A DNA stretch of 64,000 nucleotides from Dicyema japonicum (GCA_011109175.1 RDEW01000020.1:614514-678513), one strand, 5' to 3'; positions 38,040-51,402 are shown, numbered from the stretch's first letter. Numbers and translations: made by a program. The notes: a model not told the origin generated them from the letters alone.

Positions 38040-40650
38040 GAGCCTTAGTTAGTTACTTAGTTAAGTAATCCCGGCCTCACTATCTTGTAGTAGGCCAGCA
38101 GCTATAAAATAGGACGAAGCAAATGCCGATCGCTCCCATAAATCGATATCAAACTCTGCATTTTAGACGAACGTTTTGATAATTCATGATATTCAAATAA
38201 ATAATTTGTTGTCAACTCGTAGAGGTTGCAAAAGGAGAGAGACATCGTGCGTCGGTAGAGAAGGGTAGTGCCCACATCATAGACGAGCCATGTTTATTAG
38301 GACGTCGCCCGGAAGAAAAGATTCTGATTGGTCTATTGGAGGAGGGGGCCGGAGTAGTATTTTATTATCACAGAGTCTTCGGATGCTTTTCGTAGAAACA
38401 AAATCGTGTATCTGCTTCAGACGGGCTGGGAGGGATGAATGATAGCATTCGAGACAGGTCACTGGTTGTCATAATAATTTTTGTTTTATTTTGAGGTTTG
38501 CATAGAGAGTGGCTGGAAACTTGAAAGAGGAATTGCAGAGCTCTCATTTCCAAATGGTCTCCAATTGGAAAGATCTTTGATTCCTAGTCAAGATGATCAA
38601 TAGGGGTTGATCTGAGTAATTGTTCTGAGAGCAATGTTTTGGACTTTTTGTAGTTTGTCGATATAAGTAAGGGAGGCTGAGGTTGATCAACAAGGACTCG
38701 CATAATTAATTGTGGTTCGAATGAATTGTTTATGATGGTTATGGCCTCTGCTTTGGCCGAAGAAATGGCTTGATAAAACTTTCATTATTTTGATTTTGCT
38801 AGAGACCTCTGTACATTGTTCCTCCACATGTTTAGAGAAAGTTATTAGTTGGTGGTCGAAAATGAATCCAAGTATTTTTGGGATGTTTCGTAACGAAGAG
38901 TGTTTGTCAATGAATTGTTAAAAAAATTTTTTAATTATAAAAATTTATTAACAATAGAATATTATTTATTATGGGGAGAGCGGCTGCTGACATCACGGAG
39001 TAAGCGTTTCCGCGGACAACTGCGATATCAATTCTTTTCCTCAGCAGACCCCTTCCCGCACGTCTTTCTTGCGGTGGGCCAATTTCCCCCCGATTTCCTT
39101 TAGGAAAGAGGCTGTAATACTTCCGGCCGCACCAGACGTCTCGATTGCTACCGGTACAAACCGATAGCGGTCTCCAATTTCGCTAATATTTTTTAATCTT
39201 GATTTTTTCGGCCAGATTGGCTGCCGATCCAGCAGACTGCGCCGAGTTGAGTATCATCGAACTCGAGAAAGAATCCACAACAGTGCAGTCTTATACGAGC
39301 GATTTTCCCTCAGTGAACGGAAAGATAGTTAACCCATCCGGTTTTTTCCTATCTCCGCGGTCCAATCCCACAGGCTCCAGTACTGCCGGGAAGCCTGCCG
39401 CTTCAAAAGCTCGCATGACAATGTTGTTCATAGCAGCATGGCGGGGTGCTCTACCCGCACTCCATTTGCACGAGAGCGGGTCCAGCCCTTTGACATCGAC
39501 GATCCATCCACAGCGACATTGGTGTTCGACGCAAACATCAACTCCCAGGCGTTGTGCGATCCCAATCCGAATACAGTCATCGTTTAAAAGGGTCCCCAGG
39601 GAGGAACACAGGAGTGCATCCAGCCACGCTCCGCTCTCATGGTTGGCGACGGACATGAGACATGCAAGACGATGCTTGTTGGCCTCAGACTTTAGCACGT
39701 CGAAGATATTCTTGGAGTAGATATCATCCCAGTCACGTTGCCTCGAAGGATCGTTCGGCATATCCTAGCCAGTTTCACACCATTCGCGACGAGCTGGTGT
39801 AGTACCGAGTTGAAAGAGTCGACCACGTTGATGAAATCACTCTCCGAGTTTCTCCGATTTATGTTTATCTCAAGTCCGAGGTTTCGTAGTGCCGGCACGG
39901 CATGTGACAGAACGTCGTGTACTTTTCTCCACGGCCCTCCAATTGTGGCGTCATCTAGATACCAGAGGTTAGTTGTGTGTCTATAGAGCGGAATTTCATC
40001 GATGGCCGATTGTTAAAATTGATTGAAATTTTGTTGGCGACGGTTGTAAGTGAATAAAGTGACAGTGGATTTCGATGGAGATAAGTGATTTGCTCCAAGC
40101 CACTCTTCAGAGTATTCAAGTGGTTCTGAACATCCTTCGTTGCTTCGTTAACGTCTTTGTCTTTAGAGAGGATAATCAGGTCATCCGCATATAATAGAAG
40201 TATCTTAGTTTGGTTGGAATATCGCTTAAGTGCTAGTTGATTAAGGTAGTGGACAAAACGAAGCCTTAAGGAACTCTATTTGGAAGGAACTGGAGATGTA
40301 TTGGAGTGTCCGGCTTGGAAGCTGTCCGAGTTTGTGATTTTTTGTCATTGAGGATAACTAGTTGTTCTCGTTGAGAGAGGATCTGAAACCCCCTCTCATT
40401 ACTTTTTTGGCGACTAGCCAAAGCGGATCTTTTGCATTAAGTCTCCGCAGATTAATACGTCTTAGGAAGTAATGTTTCATACAGAGACCTGGAGGTGGGA
40501 TGTAAATATTTACAAATGTGTACGGTGTGTGGTTTATTTTTACCAAGACGGAACTAAGTTCAATGTGATCGTTACCTTCAAACAGAGCTTGTGTCTGAGA
40601 GAAGGTATCAGAGAATAGAATAGATTTGAGCCTTGGGAATCGTACACGGC
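38040..40650 (-). mobile_element. I/Jockey-group LINE (APE remnant, RT, C-terminus) split by a nested CRE insertion
   Basis: YTFVNIYIPP (APE), GVP.GFVLS, LLYADDLII, KILGFIFD and NKILLRPPPPIDQSE...ARL; ends in a (TAAC)-like tail at ~38045-38065. Confidence 0.75.
38924..40008 (-). mobile_element. 5'-truncated CRE-type element with 10-bp TSD, nested in an I/Jockey LINE
   Basis: WYLDD, SGAWL, CRCG, RHAAMN, KKPDGLT. ATTGTTAAAA occurs at 38914-38923 and 40009-40018. Confidence 0.88.
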
Positions 40651-40735
40651 ATTTTTCTTTATACTGATAATAATTTTTTTCTAAAAATTAAATCTTTGTA
40701 AAAACTATTTATTTTAATATAAATTTATAATAATA

Positions 40736-40742
40736 ACGTGTT
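40736..40742 (+). promoter_or_regulatory. ACGTGTT motif 5 nt upstream of the G3BP-like ATG
   Basis: ATAACGTGTTAATAAATG within a very AT-rich upstream region. Confidence 0.5.
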
Positions 40743-40747
40743 AATAA

Positions 40748-41593
40748 ATGTGCGATGTTGTTTCTGTTGGTGTGGAGTTTTCTCAACTGTACTATGATGC
40801 TCTTAGTTCGTCATTAGAGAATCTATCTAAGTATTACTGAATAATAAATAATAGGATGTATGACAATGATGGAAAGCACTATTGTAATGGTGAATATGTG
40901 GAAGGGAATAAAGTATATCCAATGTAATGACTAGAATATAATATCTAATTTGATGAAATATAAGGGAAATAAGTATATTATAAAAGATATATCTTCATTC
41001 CTAATAAACGATATTATATCGATACACGTCATGGGGGACACGCAATAGACAATTTTACCACTCTTTTATATTACAGAACATTAACAGCATATACACAATC
41101 AGAGCCTCTTCATTCTTTAATGAGGAGGATGGAGTGGTAAATACCACGTGGGCATCTGCTGTTGGTAATGTGGGCGTTCGTAATCAATATGTGAAGGGAA
41201 TTGTTAAGGAAAAGTATATTATGGTAGTGTTTGTAGAAGTGAGGTAAAGGAAGTAAAGGGTGAAGTGAAGGATGATGCTAAGGAAACAAAGAATGATGGG
41301 AGTAGTACAGTATTTGTAGGTAATATTCCTAATGAGGTAAATGATGAAGAATTTCAGTCATATTTTGAGGGTATTAATATTATTAATGTAAGAATTTGGT
41401 GAAGTAAAATCAATAAAAATAGTGAGAGGATCATTTAACGATGTAATAAGGGTTATTTGTTTATATTATTGTAGCAATATGCTTTTGTAGACTTTTATGA
41501 TCAGTCTGCTGTCCATAATGCTCTCTCTGTTAAGAAACATGTCTTTGGGGGAAACTCATTAAAGTTGAGTCTAGGAGGATTAAAACTAATTAA
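40748..41593 (+). CDS. Compact G3BP/Rasputin-like protein (NTF2 plus RRM), 5 introns of 22-24 nt, two apparent indels
   Basis: VGVEFSQLYYDAL...IHVMG..RQFYHSFIL (NTF2-like) and TVFVGNIP...FEEFGEVKSI...QYAFVDF (RNP2/RNP1). Frame breaks at the G5 run 41033-41037 and probably at 41561-41563. Not present in the ORF track. Confidence 0.75.
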
Positions 41594-42249
41594 TATTTCA
41601 TTAATTTTCTATTCATACATTTATGGATTTATTCTATTTGTCTATATTAATTAAGCTATATTACATCCACCACACTTCCCATTTAATAGTGGCTACACTA
41701 AGGAGAGGGTTTATTCATAGGGAAGGTATTAAGAATACACTGGACAATGATGGGACTTCATTTGAGGGGTCTTGTCACTTTCCCATTGTTGTTTGTTTTG
41801 ATATGCTAAGAATGACCTATTTGTAATATTTTTATTACCGGCAGTTGATTGCCAAAGTTTTTAATTTGTTTCTAAGAGCATTTGTAGATGCTAAGGGTGT
41901 TAGCGTCAACCATTCAGAATATATCTATACGAACTCTGATATTATTCCATTGAGATGCCTGATACAACGATTAATCAGATGATGTTAAACAAAGAATTCC
42001 AAGGAGGGCCAGACTGATTGTGAGAAGTTGATGTGATCCTTGAGATATAAATTAACTATTAGTAAAATTCTTAAGATGATTTGGTTATAATCGGTGCTTA
42101 AGCCGTATATTGTAGTCGTAAGGGAACGAGAGGCAAAGGAGATCTTTGTATTATGGATGGTTACCATCACCTGTCATTAATGAAATTTATCATAAATCAA
42201 TGATAATTAACAATCACTTTTTTCCTCAATAAATTGATTTATTTTATTA

Positions 42250-43260
42250 ACAGCCAATCTTAGAAAATATATTCCAACTCCAATGGATAGACATTACTCT
42301 TTTTGAATGCAAGTAGGTGGGCAGAGAAGGTCCCGTGATGTAATATCCCCATTGATTATACGGTAGGTAAGATTAGTAATCGACTCAAGGAGATTATGTC
42401 CAGCCTCAGCTGTAAGACCAGACGTCAGATCCTTGATATAGCCCGGACGCAGTCTATCCGATGCAATCTCGAGCCACATCTCTCGCGTTGATATTATTAT
42501 TGCACTCCCGAGAAAACATAAAATTAGTCAAGTTTCCCTTGTGCCGTATTCTGAATCATCCTCTCCGTCAGCTTAGATCATGATCTTCTGTTGCGCACTA
42601 GTTCTCTTAGGTAGTCCAGGTCGTCCGCCATTTCCATTATAATGTCAGATGCTGTCCACACTCTTGTTACACAGTGAATCAGAGACCATAATGTCGGCAG
42701 GCCGATGGAGGATAAAAAGGTGGAATTTGTCAAACAGTTCTGTACATTGTACGATCGTTTTTGTCTCTTGTAGACAGCAGACAGAGACGTCATATTTGGT
42801 TAGATCGCACACCAGTTGGTGTTTCTTGTAAGGTTGTTTAAGTCCTCTGCAATTGAAAGATCCCAGAGTGAACGGATAAGTCGGTAAGAATATATTGGTT
42901 GAGGTGGTGACGACGCCTCTATTGCACTATGTTTTATTCGTATTCTTTTATTCTCGCGTTGTAGGTATCTTTAAAGTGGTTTTAAGAGTAGTAGGTATGT
43001 AAAGGTCTTCCGGAAAGTTTGGATGTTTCCTCCTTGGACAGTCGGAGACGAGAAAAGTACTGTATCGTCCGAAGAAACCACTCGTAAAGATGCTCGGATA
43101 TCGCCTTCGAGAAGTTTTCGATTCACCCTCTCTTTGAGTTTATCAGGATTGGAGTTTTTTCTGTGGGATCGTTAGAGAGGAAAAAGATATCATTGAAATC
43201 TCGATTCTGATTAATATGAGGAGGCCTACATCTTTTTCATATTTTTGTCTGAAGAAAGTA
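42250..43260 (-). mobile_element. Decayed CRE-type 5'/RT fragments
   Basis: DRLRPGYIKDLTSGLTAEAG, and NRKLLEGDIRASLRV near 43100. Confidence 0.6.
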
Positions 43261-43849
43261 AAAGTTTGTTGGCAAAGGTTGAGTTCTATCCCTTGGAAAT
43301 ATCCACAGAATGATAAAGTGTAGTGACTATTTCTGTTAATATATCGTCTTTTGAGTCATTTTATTTATATTACCTTTAATACATAAAGGTAACTGAATTA
43401 GGTGATCCAGGCTCCCCTTATCTTCATTGCCATTTTCACCAAGTGTCATTGAGAGAGTCCACCGCTTCCCAGAAATATCTGGCCTTGTGACTCGGTGGGG
43501 GAAGGATATCTGAGGGAGGACCGCCCATTTTCCGATCTTGACACGGACGAACATGGTGAATTTTTTGTTCTTTACCGAACCTGAAAAATCCGAAGCTATT
43601 CCTTCATATCGATGACTCTGATAGAAGATGTTTAGGATAGAGTCCGTACAATACCATAGAGTCTTCTCGCGTAACGATTTGATTTTTGTCGAACTTCGAC
43701 GCAAAGAGTGGGAACCTCCAGCATAATTTATAGTAGACACAATGGTTTATCGGTATAATTTATGTATCCAGTCTTCTATTGGGTATGGACTTGAAGTAAT
43801 AAATTCCTTGAGGATATTCAATTTCTAGAGTTCTTTCCAGTGCTATTAA

Positions 43850-45560
43850 GATTATTAGTGTTTCCTATGTCATGCCAAGGATTTTAGGATTTTAGATGCG
43901 CTTATAGGCACATATCCTTGGAAGACCGTGGAGATAACATTGGAACGACGATCCTATGTGAACAGAGTAAAGGTAGATTTTAACATTAATACAAACTATT
44001 GTTACATAAAACCAGTTGATAATACTATCTATGTATTCCTGAACTACCACAGTCGTTAAGGGGGATCTGTTACTAGAGATGATAACATCGTATGCACAAG
44101 ACAGGAGTAATGTGTTTGGATCTTCAATCTGAGGGACGTCAGGAAGAAATCAATTAAACAATATTGAATAAAGTGGAGAGCCACGTAGGACTCCATTTGA
44201 CAACAATATGAATCTCGACCTACTATTTCTCAAGAATACCGTCAGAATCTTTATCGTTGGATGTGTTATCGAAACAGTCAATCGCCTTTTTAACATCGAA
44301 TAAAATCATGTGTTGTGCACATATGAGCTCTTGAAGCATTAAAGTCAATAATAATTTGGGATAGAGTTGACATGTGGGTTGTTATGGATTTTATAATTCG
44401 AAAACCACGTTGATAAGGTGGTGCCGGTAAATCATGAATAATTGTAGTAAGAAATAACATTTCTAATACCTTTGAGAGAATACACTTCAGTGAGATCGGG
44501 AAATATAAAGAGGAATAATTCTTTAATTTTCTGATTTTTAGGGGTAAAAATGAATTCTTCCTGATGTTAGGAAGAGTATGCCACATTCACTGAATAGTAG
44601 CAAATGTCCATGAGTATCAGTCTTGTCTGAGGCCCTCAGTGTTTCAGGTAACTTAAAGACACTCCATCGGGGCCACGATTAGTCTGAATGGACGATAGTG
44701 AAAAATATCGTGTTAGGAATTGATTTTAGTCTGAATGGGCGAGTGTTGACCCTGAAGGGTGTTTTATAACATACATTAAATTTGATGAGTTTGTTAGTGA
44801 GTTTGTTTATTCTTAGTTGGAGGGAAATCAAGTTAATTTGTCTTATAGTCAAATGTATCCTCATCATGCTTTGGTGATATACGAACACAGTTTGATTTTA
44901 TACAAGAAATAGTGCATCCCAATGGAGAATGACAATACTAAGCATATTGAATGCTTTATCAATTTTAATATTTATTACTCTCAACCCATAAAACTGGGAA
45001 TCCACATAATTAATGGTGGAAGCGCTGTGACCTAATAACTGTAGAATAATGGGGTTATGGTCACTTGAGAAATCATACCGAACGTTCAAAGTTGATAACC
45101 CCATTAATGAGGGAGAACATAACGTAATATCCGGGAATGTGTGCATTAGTAATTCGATAAGGGTCAATGTGTGAGAGTAGGAATCATTGAAGGTGATCAG
45201 ATCACCGAAACATGGGGGGATAAATTCTACTGTGAGTGTACTGCATTTGAGAAAGAGTACTCGATGGAGATTTTCTTCAATGTTCAGCGACCCTCATACA
45301 GTCTGGAGAGACTAAGAAGAGCATATGTGAATGAAAATTCCATTCTAATAATCTTAAAAAGCCCCCAACCAGAGCCCCTGTAACGATGTTTGCGAACAAC
45401 CCCACCCAGCGAAGCGCTGTGTGAATTAAATCGGTGAGTTTTGCTTCTTGAATTAGTGATATGTCCACTTTACGACTCGTCAATAGAATACGAAGTTCAA
45501 GTACTTTTCTTCTGATTCCATTCACATTTAATTGTGAGATCTCCAAAGAGGAATAAACTT
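43850..45560 (-). mobile_element. I/Jockey-group LINE, APE plus RT remnant
   Basis: ISQLNVNGIRRK...DISLIQEAKL, PDITLCS, SSDHNPII, YFPISLKCILSKVLE, YQRGFR and GVLRGSPLY. Confidence 0.75.
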
Positions 45561-46269
45561 TGTGGTTCTGCTCTAATTGCCGCAGAGAACAGTTAAGGGA
45601 AGAAAGGAGGCCACCCATGAAATGACGTGACGTGTTAAGGAGAGGAAATCATGCCATTGGCACTGGAGGCCGCCCCATTATGAGAACCAATGATGGTACA
45701 CTATTATTATGACTGTCGTAGGAACAAAATGTAAAAAAGTATTAAGTTTCCACATGTGCCTCACATGGGACTATTCCATTAAATTTTTAGCATTTTCGTT
45801 TACAGGCCATACACCATCTCTAGTGGCGCCAGATTTAATGCTAAATTATACTCAAAAAGAACCATTAGTCAACAACCACCCTGATGAGTTCCCATTGGAC
45901 GGCACTTATTTCAAGTCCGAGCATGCGTAGACTGCTGAGGTAGGCTGTGATCACCTGATTTTTTTGTTATTCTAGCTATCACGGTGTTTTTCTGGTTCAA
46001 TAAAATAAAAAAAACAGAGAAGGCCGAGCGGATTAAATGTGTACAGTACGCGGTCTAATCAAAGGTTTTTTGATTGTTATACTCGCCGTAGAGACGTCTG
46101 ATTTCCTTGGAATTCTTGATTCGTCTAGGGCATCGGATTTATACATGATCAGGATATCCTCGTGAACACTGCTAGTTATTTGAGCGAATCTCACTCGTTT
46201 ATCTGAAAGGGAGTAGCCACACAATCAAGGCATCTACTGTAGGACCATTTTTTCACTATTTTTTTAAAT

Positions 46270-46655
46270 GACAATTATTTAACAAAAAAACAAATGTTAG
46301 TTAAGGAAACCGGCTGCGTGGATCGAGTTCCCTAGGAGTATGGCCATTCCAATCTTTTGTCTCAGCCTTCTCGTTGATCATCTTTCTTTCTGGCAACCAT
46401 TCCTCCGATTTCGCGCAAGCCGTCATTGGACCAACCGTTCCCGATGACTCTGCCGCAACAGGAGTAAATCGGTAGCGGTCCCCGAGGCATTAATATTTCT
46501 TGATTTTTAGGTTTTCCGTGGTCGAAGCAGCTGCTCCAGGTGTCTGAACTGATTTGTAAAGGATTCGTGCTTGAGAATGTGTCAACACAAGTTGCGTCCC
46601 AGACCAAAGATCTTCCGGATGTGAAAGGGAAAAGGGTCATCCTGTCAGGTCTCTT
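46270..46655 (-). mobile_element. CRE-type 3' end, same subfamily as 6560-7905
   Basis: RPDRMTLFPFTSGRSLVWDATCVDTFSSTN; high nucleotide similarity to 7490-7890. Confidence 0.85.
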
Positions 46656-47480
46656 TATTTTGTAATTCAAAAAAACAAACAAAATATTTTTATAATTCCT
46701 TATATGAAGTGCTATCGTGGTGTCATGCAACTCACCCATTAAGGGTCACTCAAACCAAAAACGGTAAAAAAGAACCAACAAATTGTCCTCATCCGATTAT
46801 CACATGGGACGGTTCTCTCGACCTTCTAACAGGGGTGCCAAATTTTCTGCTGCCCGGATCAGTTTATGATAATTAAAAAATCGTGACTAAATAGATTTCG
46901 TAATAGACGAGAATGAATAAATAAAAGATTAAGTAAGATGAGGTTTATCATTATTTCGTTTGCCACGTGTTTCTTCTTCACCCCACATATCTTAACAGCC
47001 TCTGCTTCTCTAAGTTTTTCTTGGGCAATTTTGAACCCTACTTGGTTGTATTAGCTTCATTTGTTAAATCAAATTAGAGGAAATCAGCACACACAAGAAA
47101 TCAAAACAGAAGACTGCACGGGAAAACAACCGTCGTGTTTGACAATAATCATTGTACAGAGTTTAAACATACCAATAACCAAGGCACAATACGCAAGCGA
47201 AGCAGGCGTGACAGCGTAGTCATATCAAGGAGACTGCGGTTAAAACAAAACAGTGGACTCAAGGTCTTCAGCGCTTTCAATAGAACAGGGTGATCGCTAG
47301 CAGTCGATCTTGTCCATGATGAAACAACATCAATAAAAAAGTGAGTATAACTTAATAACGTGAACTCAATGACTTGGATCTGCTGTCCATATGGCCCCTT
47401 CTAGGCACTCCCCTGCCTTTTTAACCACCGAATTTCTAATAAGGTGATTATAGGTAGTGAATAATTAAACACAGTGATTA

Positions 47481-49998
47481 TTATGAAAACTCTAGAATAT
47501 TATTTAATTTATCACAATATTGATTAACTCTGTGTCTCTTACTAACTTTATCTAATTCAGACTTCATAACATGTCCATTGATATCACTCACATTCATAAG
47601 TAATTCTATAATATAACCCCCAGCATACCACACACTGACTGCTGAATTAGTGGTTCTGGGTCATCCATGTGGAGAATCAGTCTTCTATAAAACATTTCAA
47701 AATGACTTTCATTACAACCACCACAACGACGGAGACATTCAAAAAAGCCAAAACTAGCATCAATAACGGCAATTCTTATAGAATCTTCACTATCATCAAG
47801 TCTCTTCAATAAATTATCATAAAATGTAAATAAATCAAACTCTTCACAATTAATATTAGAATTAGCAAACAAATTCATAATTTTGTCACATATTTTAATA
47901 GAAAACAATCTACTATTACAACTGTGATCATCCAAACAGCAACTCAACAAATTCAGTAAATCACAACATAACTTTATGGGAAATAATCCACTAATTCTAC
48001 AAAATACTGTATTGAATAGACTCCACAAACACGCAAGACCAGCCGTTCGAACTGCAGAGGCTGATCTTCCCGCCTTCCATACAATGTTAGGCATTATCAA
48101 TGACTCTGTAATCCTCACAACACTAATGATAACATTATAAACAACTCATCAATCTCCACATTACTTCCCAATACTCTCGGCAACTCTCTTGAAATCAATG
48201 ACAAAAGTCGAAGTCTTACAGAAGGATCATTATTTGGAGTCAAATTTACCTCCAAATATGGCATTCCAATCCTCCACGTTGAAAATGATGCTAATATTAA
48301 AATAGAAAGATACAGCACTCAGTGAGAATAGTCTCAAAGAACCTCCCTTGTGGAGATTGGTCAGTCCACTGAGAATTACTGTCCAAGGATTGTATGAGAT
48401 TAGTACTGTACTTGTCAATTAATTGTGAGGGAGTAAGTACTCCATCCAATTTAGTCATATTTTCCCACAATTTCCTAACATTAATTCCAATTTGTTCATC
48501 CAAACTCATTGACAACACATACAGACTGTGACTCAACACTTCAAACAAGTCAACCTTCTCCCCCACAAGGGACACAATACAATCAAGACACTCAACTAAT
48601 ACCAAGTGAGTTGATTTGTGTTCTGTTTGAGATATTTCATTAACTGTGAATGAATTTAATAATCTGTTGACAATGGGGGATAAATCATCCACAGATGACC
48701 CTTTGACGATGCCGGTAATGGCGGACAGTGTGCTTTGAAGTAGTAAAGAGGAAGAAGTGTTTTTGGAAAGGTGTGATGTTATTACATTAAACCATAACTC
48801 TGATTTAACAAAATATCCCATAATCTGTGCAGCCTCCACAGCCTTTGTCTTCACCACATCCTCATCATCACATCCCATTTTTATAATAACATTGACTAAC
48901 ATCTCCACGTGCTGAGTTATGTGCTCCTGTGAGTTCAATAAAAGGATAGGCAATAATTCAGCAGCTTTAATTCTAGTAGAGGATATCCAATCGGACAAAT
49001 CCGACAACAGAGGAGGTAATATTCTTCCTAAATTCCTCTGTACAAGTTCACAACATCCCACATTAAGTGAATAATCTATTATAAACACAAAGATTACATG
49101 TTGTATTGGCAATGGTGACATCATAGGAATTATATAAATAATTAATTTTATCCTTCAAATCATCCTCATTTTCTGTAATAAATTTAATTCCTAATAAATA
49201 ATAATGAGTACTACCAATATCATTCCACAATGACTGAGTGAGCGAGGCAATATTAGGATCACTTAGTGATGTTAGTATTAAGGGTATTAGGTTATGAAAG
49301 TATGAGTATCTGTCTGGAAGGTGAAGAAGCCAATTTCCAACAACACGTGTTACTGACTCTCTTACAGACTGATTTGAATCGAATAGTCTTTGTGTCAAAT
49401 GTGGAATGACCTCTTTAACAATGTCTCCCTTAACATGCATTGTCACTGAACCTGTATATGAGTTATAATTGACAACCAATTGTGAGACCACTGCTTTCCT
49501 CAGTTTGGAGTGATTGTGAGTGAGGGAAGGAATCAGACAATCTAATATCAACTTACCATTCTCATAAATTAGTTGTGGAGTAGTATTGGTTATGTTTTCC
49601 ATAGTATGACAAGCCACGTGTCTCACAGGAGGAAATGGATCTTTTAAAAGAATCATTATAATATTAATTGATAAGGAATTGGGGAGAAATGAGTCCATTA
49701 AGTTAGCCATTTGTAGTCTAATTTCTTCACAATTCTCTTCAGGGAGTTGTCGTTCAATAACTGGAATAATTTCTAGTAATTGTTCAGGGGTTATTAATTG
49801 CACGTTATCAACCAATAGACAAACAGACATCTCCCTTATAGTATCAGAAGGATCACTAATAACATTCAAAAGAGGTCTGAGTAAGGAAGAGAACACATCA
49901 GATGATATTCCCTTTTCATTTTTAATATTCAAAAGTGCCTTCTTTCTTATTAAACGATCATCACTCTTTAAACAATTTATACTCCTAACAATGTCCAT
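47481..49998 (-). CDS. DNAAF5: Dynein axonemal assembly factor 5 (HEATR2), ~6 introns of 22-25 nt
   Basis: HEAT repeats; EENCEEIRL, LKDPFPPV, HNHSKLR, HLTQRLFD, WLLHLPDRYSYFHNLIPLILTSLSD, VWKAGRSASAVRTA, LLKRLDD and LILHMDDP. Confidence 0.9.
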
Positions 49999-51402
49999 TT
50001 GTTACTTGGTTTTTATTATTATTATTTATTTATAAATTTTATTTTTTATTTAACCAACCAGAAATAAGTTACGTATAAGTTAGTCTTGTAAACAAAATCC
50101 TACTCAAAATATAAAATAGTGCAATGTCCAATGAAAAGAATAATACAGGATGTGGCATTGTTTTTTCTCCTAAACCGATCCTAGGGATGTGATTGTGTCT
50201 TACAAGAATACGATGAAAATAACCATCTACTATTCATATCGGACCACCAAAAAGAGGTTTTGATTGAATCATCGAACGGGAGGGAAACTATCGCTGCAAA
50301 GAGATTCTCCTCACAAGATGTTGAACTTAACAAATCAGAATTAATGAAATCATTGGTTGACTACCTATTATAACACAGTATTGATATCTCCTTGTTATAG
50401 GAATTCAGACTCGCAGTCTATTTTCCAATACAGAAATTTAAAAACTACTTCAAAAGAGAAGTGGTTCCCATGAGGGTGATCTGATTGCCCTCTTCCATTG
50501 GTGATCACCTCGAAATGCGGAGCTTACAATATCTCAAATAATTAATTTACCATAAACGCTCAGAAAATTGACATCCCTTAACCACAAGCACTTTTTGTAG
50601 GATCCTTACTGACTTCCAAAGAACACTCTGGAAAATCTCCTGTCAGTAAAAATGAACTTTGACCTTAAGAATTCACAACGTGGTACCTACTTGTAGCATA
50701 AAAGTCTTTAAAGACTACAAAAATCTATCAGACTGAGATTCGCCTGCGTTCGGTGTTGACATCATCCATCTTTTGGTGGAAGAAAAGCCATGGACTTTGA
50801 CATGGATTATCAGGACTTGTGGGAATAATCTGACTCTCTGGCTGTTTGCACGAGCCACCGGTGCAGATGTGTAATATGGTTGACTGTATAAGAATTTATG
50901 CAATCTCATGCCGACGGAGCGCTGGAAGAAGTTGAGGAGCAGATCGATTAATAAAATAATTGCAGGAAGGCTTTAAACCGCTGGATATCATTACAGCTTG
51001 AGCTCCTGGACTAGAAACCACAAACAAAAGACTCAACAATTTCCCGTAGAAGATACTTACTTGGGACACCACTTGTGTTGATAAATTTTCCGTTCTAACA
51101 TCAAGCCAACTTTACAATAAATAACAATTAAATTTACACTAAACCAAAGGTTAAGAATATCTTTGGTTAAAAAATAATCATTAACTGCAGGTTTTCGAGA
51201 TTAGGTATCAGAGCTAATGAGAATGCTGATTGAGCAAAATGACTAATTTTATAACTAAGAGTTGCGTTAGAGACTTGTATATAAAACTTTAGGATCTGTA
51301 TAAAGATGGAGAGATATTGCCGACTGACTTCAACCTTAACTCTGTTAACTCCATTTTAAATAAATAAAGAAATTCAAAACTACTTTTTATGAATAACTTA
51401 AT

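Noticed and set aside
45875-45960. CTGATGAG suggesting a hammerhead ribozyme
   Set aside because: There is no stem II followed by GAAA, and the homologous copy at ~17392 reads CAGAGAAG, so the core is not conserved.
46830-46850. CAGGGGTGCCAAA resembling a hAT terminal inverted repeat
   Set aside because: No matching inverted partner, TSD or transposase was found.
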